Part shown: positions 17,060 through 19,637 of the stretch, piece by piece
How positions within the stretch are numbered: position 1 is the stretch's first letter
Layout of the letters: each line of letters begins with the position of its first letter
From: an uncultured Thermococci archaeon
Lineage (GTDB): Archaea; Methanobacteriota_B; Thermococci; Thermococcales; Thermococcaceae
Assembly (NCBI GenBank): GCA_964487115.1
Contig: CAZAPD010000108.1
Span: forward strand, 1-19,637
Direction: 5' to 3'
DNA: 19,637 nucleotides
Translations under genes and position numbers: made by a program
The notes under the pieces: generated by a model
Database searches by the model: none
The model's input: only the letters and a program-made list of their open reading frames with translations
What the model was told of the DNA's origin: nothing

Positions 17060-18388
17060 ATGAGGGTTGTATGTCCTTCATGCGGTCGTTCCTATTCATC
17101 ATATGTTCCCCCAAGGTGCTCTTGTGGAGCGGAGCTTGAGATCAGTTATAACTATTCAGATGTAAATGTCTCCAATTGGGAAAGAAGGGGCAGGGGGGTC
17201 TGGAGATACAAAGAGCTCCTTCCTGCTGTCAAAAGAATAATCACGTTGAAAGAGGGGGGGACTCCCCTGTTCAAGGCCAAACTAAGCGATGAACTCAATC
17301 TGAAGGTTTTTATCAAAGATGAAACGAGGAACCCCACTGGTTCTTTCAGGGATAGATTAGCCACAGTTGCAGTTTCCTATGGTCTTCCCTATGCAGAAAA
17401 CGGGTTTACTGTTGCGAGCAATGGTAACTCAGCTGCATCTCTGTCAGCATATGCAGCGAGAGCCGAGAAGGAAGCTTTTGTCGTTGTGCCACGAAAAATT
17501 GATCGAGGTAAATTAATTCAAATGATAGCATTTGGGGCAAGAATAATACGCTATGGGGATAGTGTTGACGAAGGTATTGAATACGTTAGAGAGCTTGCTG
17601 GACTTAATGGCTTTTATGACATAACCCCCGAAAATAACATAATCGGGCTTGAAGGCCAGAAAACAATAGCCTTTGAGCTCTGGGAGGAAATTGAACCCAC
17701 CCATATTATTGTCCCAACAGGGAGTGGAAGCAACATTTACAGTATATATAAGGGTTTCAGAGAGCTTCTTGAAATTGGAGTTATTGATGATATGCCCAGA
17801 CTTATAGCAGTCCAACCAGAAAAATGCTCTCCCATAGCCAGCGAAATTCTTGGGATGAAGGCGAGGAAGGAAATCACTAAAGCACTCGGACTGTATGTGA
17901 AGAATCCTGTAAGCAAAGAAAAAGCTGTTAAAGCTGTTAAGGAGACAGATGGAACTGCAGTTCTTATAGGAGAGGATGAACTGGACTTTGGAGAACGAGT
18001 TCTGGTTAATGAAGGAATCTTCGCTGAATATTCCTCGGCTGTTGTGATACCTGCTCTTTTTAAATTAAGTGAAGAGGGATATTTTGAGAAGGATGACAGG
18101 ATAGTCTTAATAGTGACCAGCTCAGGGCTTAAGGCATACTACAGAGAAGAGAGGTTTTCCATAGGAGGAACCAAGCTTGAGATACTTCGGCTCCTTAAAG
18201 ATAGCGAGAGATATGGGTATGAAATCTGGGAGAATCTGGAAAAGCCAATGAACTATCAGGCCGTCTATCAGCATATAAAGGAGCTCGAAAGCCTTGGTTT
18301 GATTGAAAAAGCGGGGAAAAGAGGGAAACGGATCTATTACAGACTCACCGAAAAGGGGAAGAGATTACTTGAGAATCTCTCGGAATAG
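17060..18388 (+). CDS. Threonine-synthase-like fold-type II PLP protein with N-terminal Zn ribbon and C-terminal PadR/ArsR-like winged helix; catalytic Lys replaced by Arg
   Basis: CPSC...CSCG, GVWRY, EGGTPL, NPTGSFRDR (canonical NPTGSFKDR), EGQKTIAFE, VPTGSG. C-terminal KLEILRLL...YGYEIW...AVYQHIKELESLGLI...YYRLTEKG. Confidence 0.85.
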   Translation: MRVVCPSCGRSYSSYVPPRCSCGAELEISYNYSDVNVSNWERRGRGVWRYKELLPAVKRIITLKEGGTPLFKAKLSDELNLKVFIKDETRNPTGSFRDRLATVAVSYGLPYAENGFTVASNGNSAASLSAYAARAEKEAFVVVPRKIDRGKLIQMIAFGARIIRYGDSVDEGIEYVRELAGLNGFYDITPENNIIGLEGQKTIAFELWEEIEPTHIIVPTGSGSNIYSIYKGFRELLEIGVIDDMPRLIAVQPEKCSPIASEILGMKARKEITKALGLYVKNPVSKEKAVKAVKETDGTAVLIGEDELDFGERVLVNEGIFAEYSSAVVIPALFKLSEEGYFEKDDRIVLIVTSSGLKAYYREERFSIGGTKLEILRLLKDSERYGYEIWENLEKPMNYQAVYQHIKELESLGLIEKAGKRGKRIYYRLTEKGKRLLENLSE

Positions 18389-18425
18389 CGGAAAGATTTT
18401 AAACTCTTTTTAAAAGCTAAGTTAG

Positions 18426-18773
18426 GTGAAGAAAGTGAAGCCTGAGAATAAATTTTCGCTCATAGTCTATGGGTGGGGTGCGCTCAGCGGGATCATCAGT
18501 GGAGTATTATCCATTGAGAATCAGGCAGGATGGATATTTGGATTCTCGCTCCTCTTTTTGATACCCTATATAGCAAAGGCGGTTCTAAGGGATCTACCTG
18601 AGGAGCTTCAAGACCCAAGAACAGCCATCAGGCAGTCCCTCGGGGGATTTTTCCTGTTCTGGCTGTACTTTACGCTGCTTGTTTATACAGTTTCAACAGG
18701 ATTCCAGCCTAAGTTTTACTCCAATCAGAGCTTGCTATATAAGATAGTTAATAATTCAACTGTAACGGGGTGA
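18426..18773 (+). CDS. Hypothetical membrane protein (about 3 TM segments)
   Basis: 115-aa ORF with three hydrophobic segments, ending 4 nt before rpiA. BRE/TATA-like GAAAGATTTTAAA upstream. Confidence 0.75.
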   Translation: MKKVKPENKFSLIVYGWGALSGIISGVLSIENQAGWIFGFSLLFLIPYIAKAVLRDLPEELQDPRTAIRQSLGGFFLFWLYFTLLVYTVSTGFQPKFYSNQSLLYKIVNNSTVTG

Positions 18774-18777
18774 GCTG

Positions 18778-19461
18778 ATGGAAGATCTGAAAAAAGTTGT
18801 AGCTAAAGAAGCTTTGAACTTCATTGGCGATGATATGATAGTGGGATTGGGTACAGGATCAACTACAGCCTACTTTATTCGATATCTCGGCAAGCTTATA
18901 ATGGAAGATGAGCTGGAGGATGTCTATGGTGTACCTACCTCTTATCAGGCCAGACTTCTGGCTCTGGAAAGTGGAATTCCTGTTGTTGGCCTTGATGAAG
19001 TTGATGCCATAGATGTTGCAGTTGATGGGGCTGATGAAGTTGACCCACATTTGAACCTCATAAAAGGACGTGGTGCAGCTTTAACCATGGAGAAAATCAT
19101 CGAGTACAGGGCTGGAACATTTGTCGTTCTTGTTGATGAGAGCAAGCTCGTAGATTATTTGGGTCAGAAAATGCCTGTTCCAATAGAGGTAATTCCCGCG
19201 GCATGGAGAGCAATTAAGGAGGAGTTGGAAGTTTTTAATGCTACAACAGAGTTAAGAATGGCATCAAAGAAAGATGGACCAGTTGTAACGGATAATGGCA
19301 ACTTCATATTGGATGCCAGTTTTCCAAAGATAGATGATCCTCTTGATCTGGAGATTGAGCTCAATAACATTCCAGGAGTCGTGGAAAACGGTATTTTCGC
19401 AGATATTGCCGATATAGTCCTTGTAGGCACAAAGAAAGGCGTTAAGAGGCTTGAGCGTTAA
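18778..19461 (+). CDS. rpiA: Ribose-5-phosphate isomerase A
   Basis: VGLGTGST, DGADEVD, LIKGRGAALTMEKI, PVPIEV, VTDNGNFILD, IPGVVENGIF. Confidence 0.97.
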   Translation: MEDLKKVVAKEALNFIGDDMIVGLGTGSTTAYFIRYLGKLIMEDELEDVYGVPTSYQARLLALESGIPVVGLDEVDAIDVAVDGADEVDPHLNLIKGRGAALTMEKIIEYRAGTFVVLVDESKLVDYLGQKMPVPIEVIPAAWRAIKEELEVFNATTELRMASKKDGPVVTDNGNFILDASFPKIDDPLDLEIELNNIPGVVENGIFADIADIVLVGTKKGVKRLER

Positions 19462-19462
19462 G

Positions 19463-19470
19463 TTTATAAA
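19463..19470 (+). promoter_or_regulatory. TATA box of the tRNA-Leu locus
   Basis: TTTATAAA starting 41 nt upstream of tRNA position 1, right after the rpiA stop. Confidence 0.65.
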
Positions 19471-19503
19471 GCTGCCCTCTTTTATTCCTATTGATCCGCA
19501 GAT

Positions 19504-19547
19504 GCGGGGGTTGCCGAGCCTGGTCAAAGGCGGTGGACTCAAGATCC
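19504..19547 (+). tRNA. tRNA-Leu(CAA) 5' fragment (nt 1-44 only); probable att site
   Basis: GCGGGGG acceptor strand, TTGCCGAGCCTGGTCAAAGGC D-arm, GTGGA-CTCAAGA-TCC anticodon arm with CAA. The next 90 nt contain no variable arm, GTTCRA T-loop or CCCCCGC acceptor strand. Confidence 0.88.
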
Positions 19548-19637
19548 TCTTCTTTCGGAAAATGGACTTACCATAACAGCGCAAACCAAAAATGAGCCAC
19601 TCTCAAATGACATTTTTTCAAAGGCTTTAGAGACTTC
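19504..19637 (+). mobile_element. Boundary of an integrated element; start of a probable C-terminal integrase fragment (intC) reading through the att site
   Basis: One plus-strand frame is open from 19504 to the window end (AGVAEPGQRRWTQDPLLSENGLTITAQTKNEPLSNDIFSKALET) with no start codon, as expected for a split SSV1/pTN3-type integrase. No catalytic motifs fall inside the window. Confidence 0.65.

Noticed and set aside
19264..19584. Minus-strand 106-aa ORF crossing the att site as a candidate integrase N-fragment
   Set aside because: The frame is closed by TGA at 19603-19605, so it cannot be the end of a longer gene, and most of it is antisense to rpiA. The plus frame fits better.
19504..19637. 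Intron-containing or split tRNA-Leu
   Set aside because: The break is in the 3' anticodon stem, not at position 37/38. No bulge-helix-bulge or 3' exon is visible in the following 90 nt.

Overview
Core-genome segment of a hyperthermophilic archaeon, most likely Thermococcales (archaeal BRE/TATA promoters, GGTGA/GGAGG ribosome-binding sites, gene content). In order: 3' end of a cobalamin-independent methionine synthase, aspartate kinase, TrpB2, two hypothetical genes, archaeal Rqc2/RqcH (NFACT), GH57 glycogen branching enzyme, a short-T-loop PII protein, a membrane protein, an NSS transporter with a 36-aa partner ORF missed by the ORF track, a box C/D sRNA, glutamate dehydrogenase, a P-loop plus deoxyribosyltransferase-like fusion, and the psmB-aCPSF1-ThrC/wHTH-membrane protein-rpiA cluster. 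The window ends at the first 44 nt of tRNA-Leu(CAA) followed by non-tRNA sequence in an open frame, which looks like the att junction of a pTN3/TKV4-type integrated element. Best leads: (1) a structured, repeat-containing leader upstream of trpB2 with a Phe-Trp uORF; (2) the att junction; (3) a ThrC-like protein whose PLP lysine is replaced by Arg, fused to a winged helix; (4) the kinase-fold/NDT-fold fusion; (5) candidate operators (TGM, TTTCGnCGAAA, AATGACAAAA). All calls come from reading the sequence; no searches or folding programs were run.
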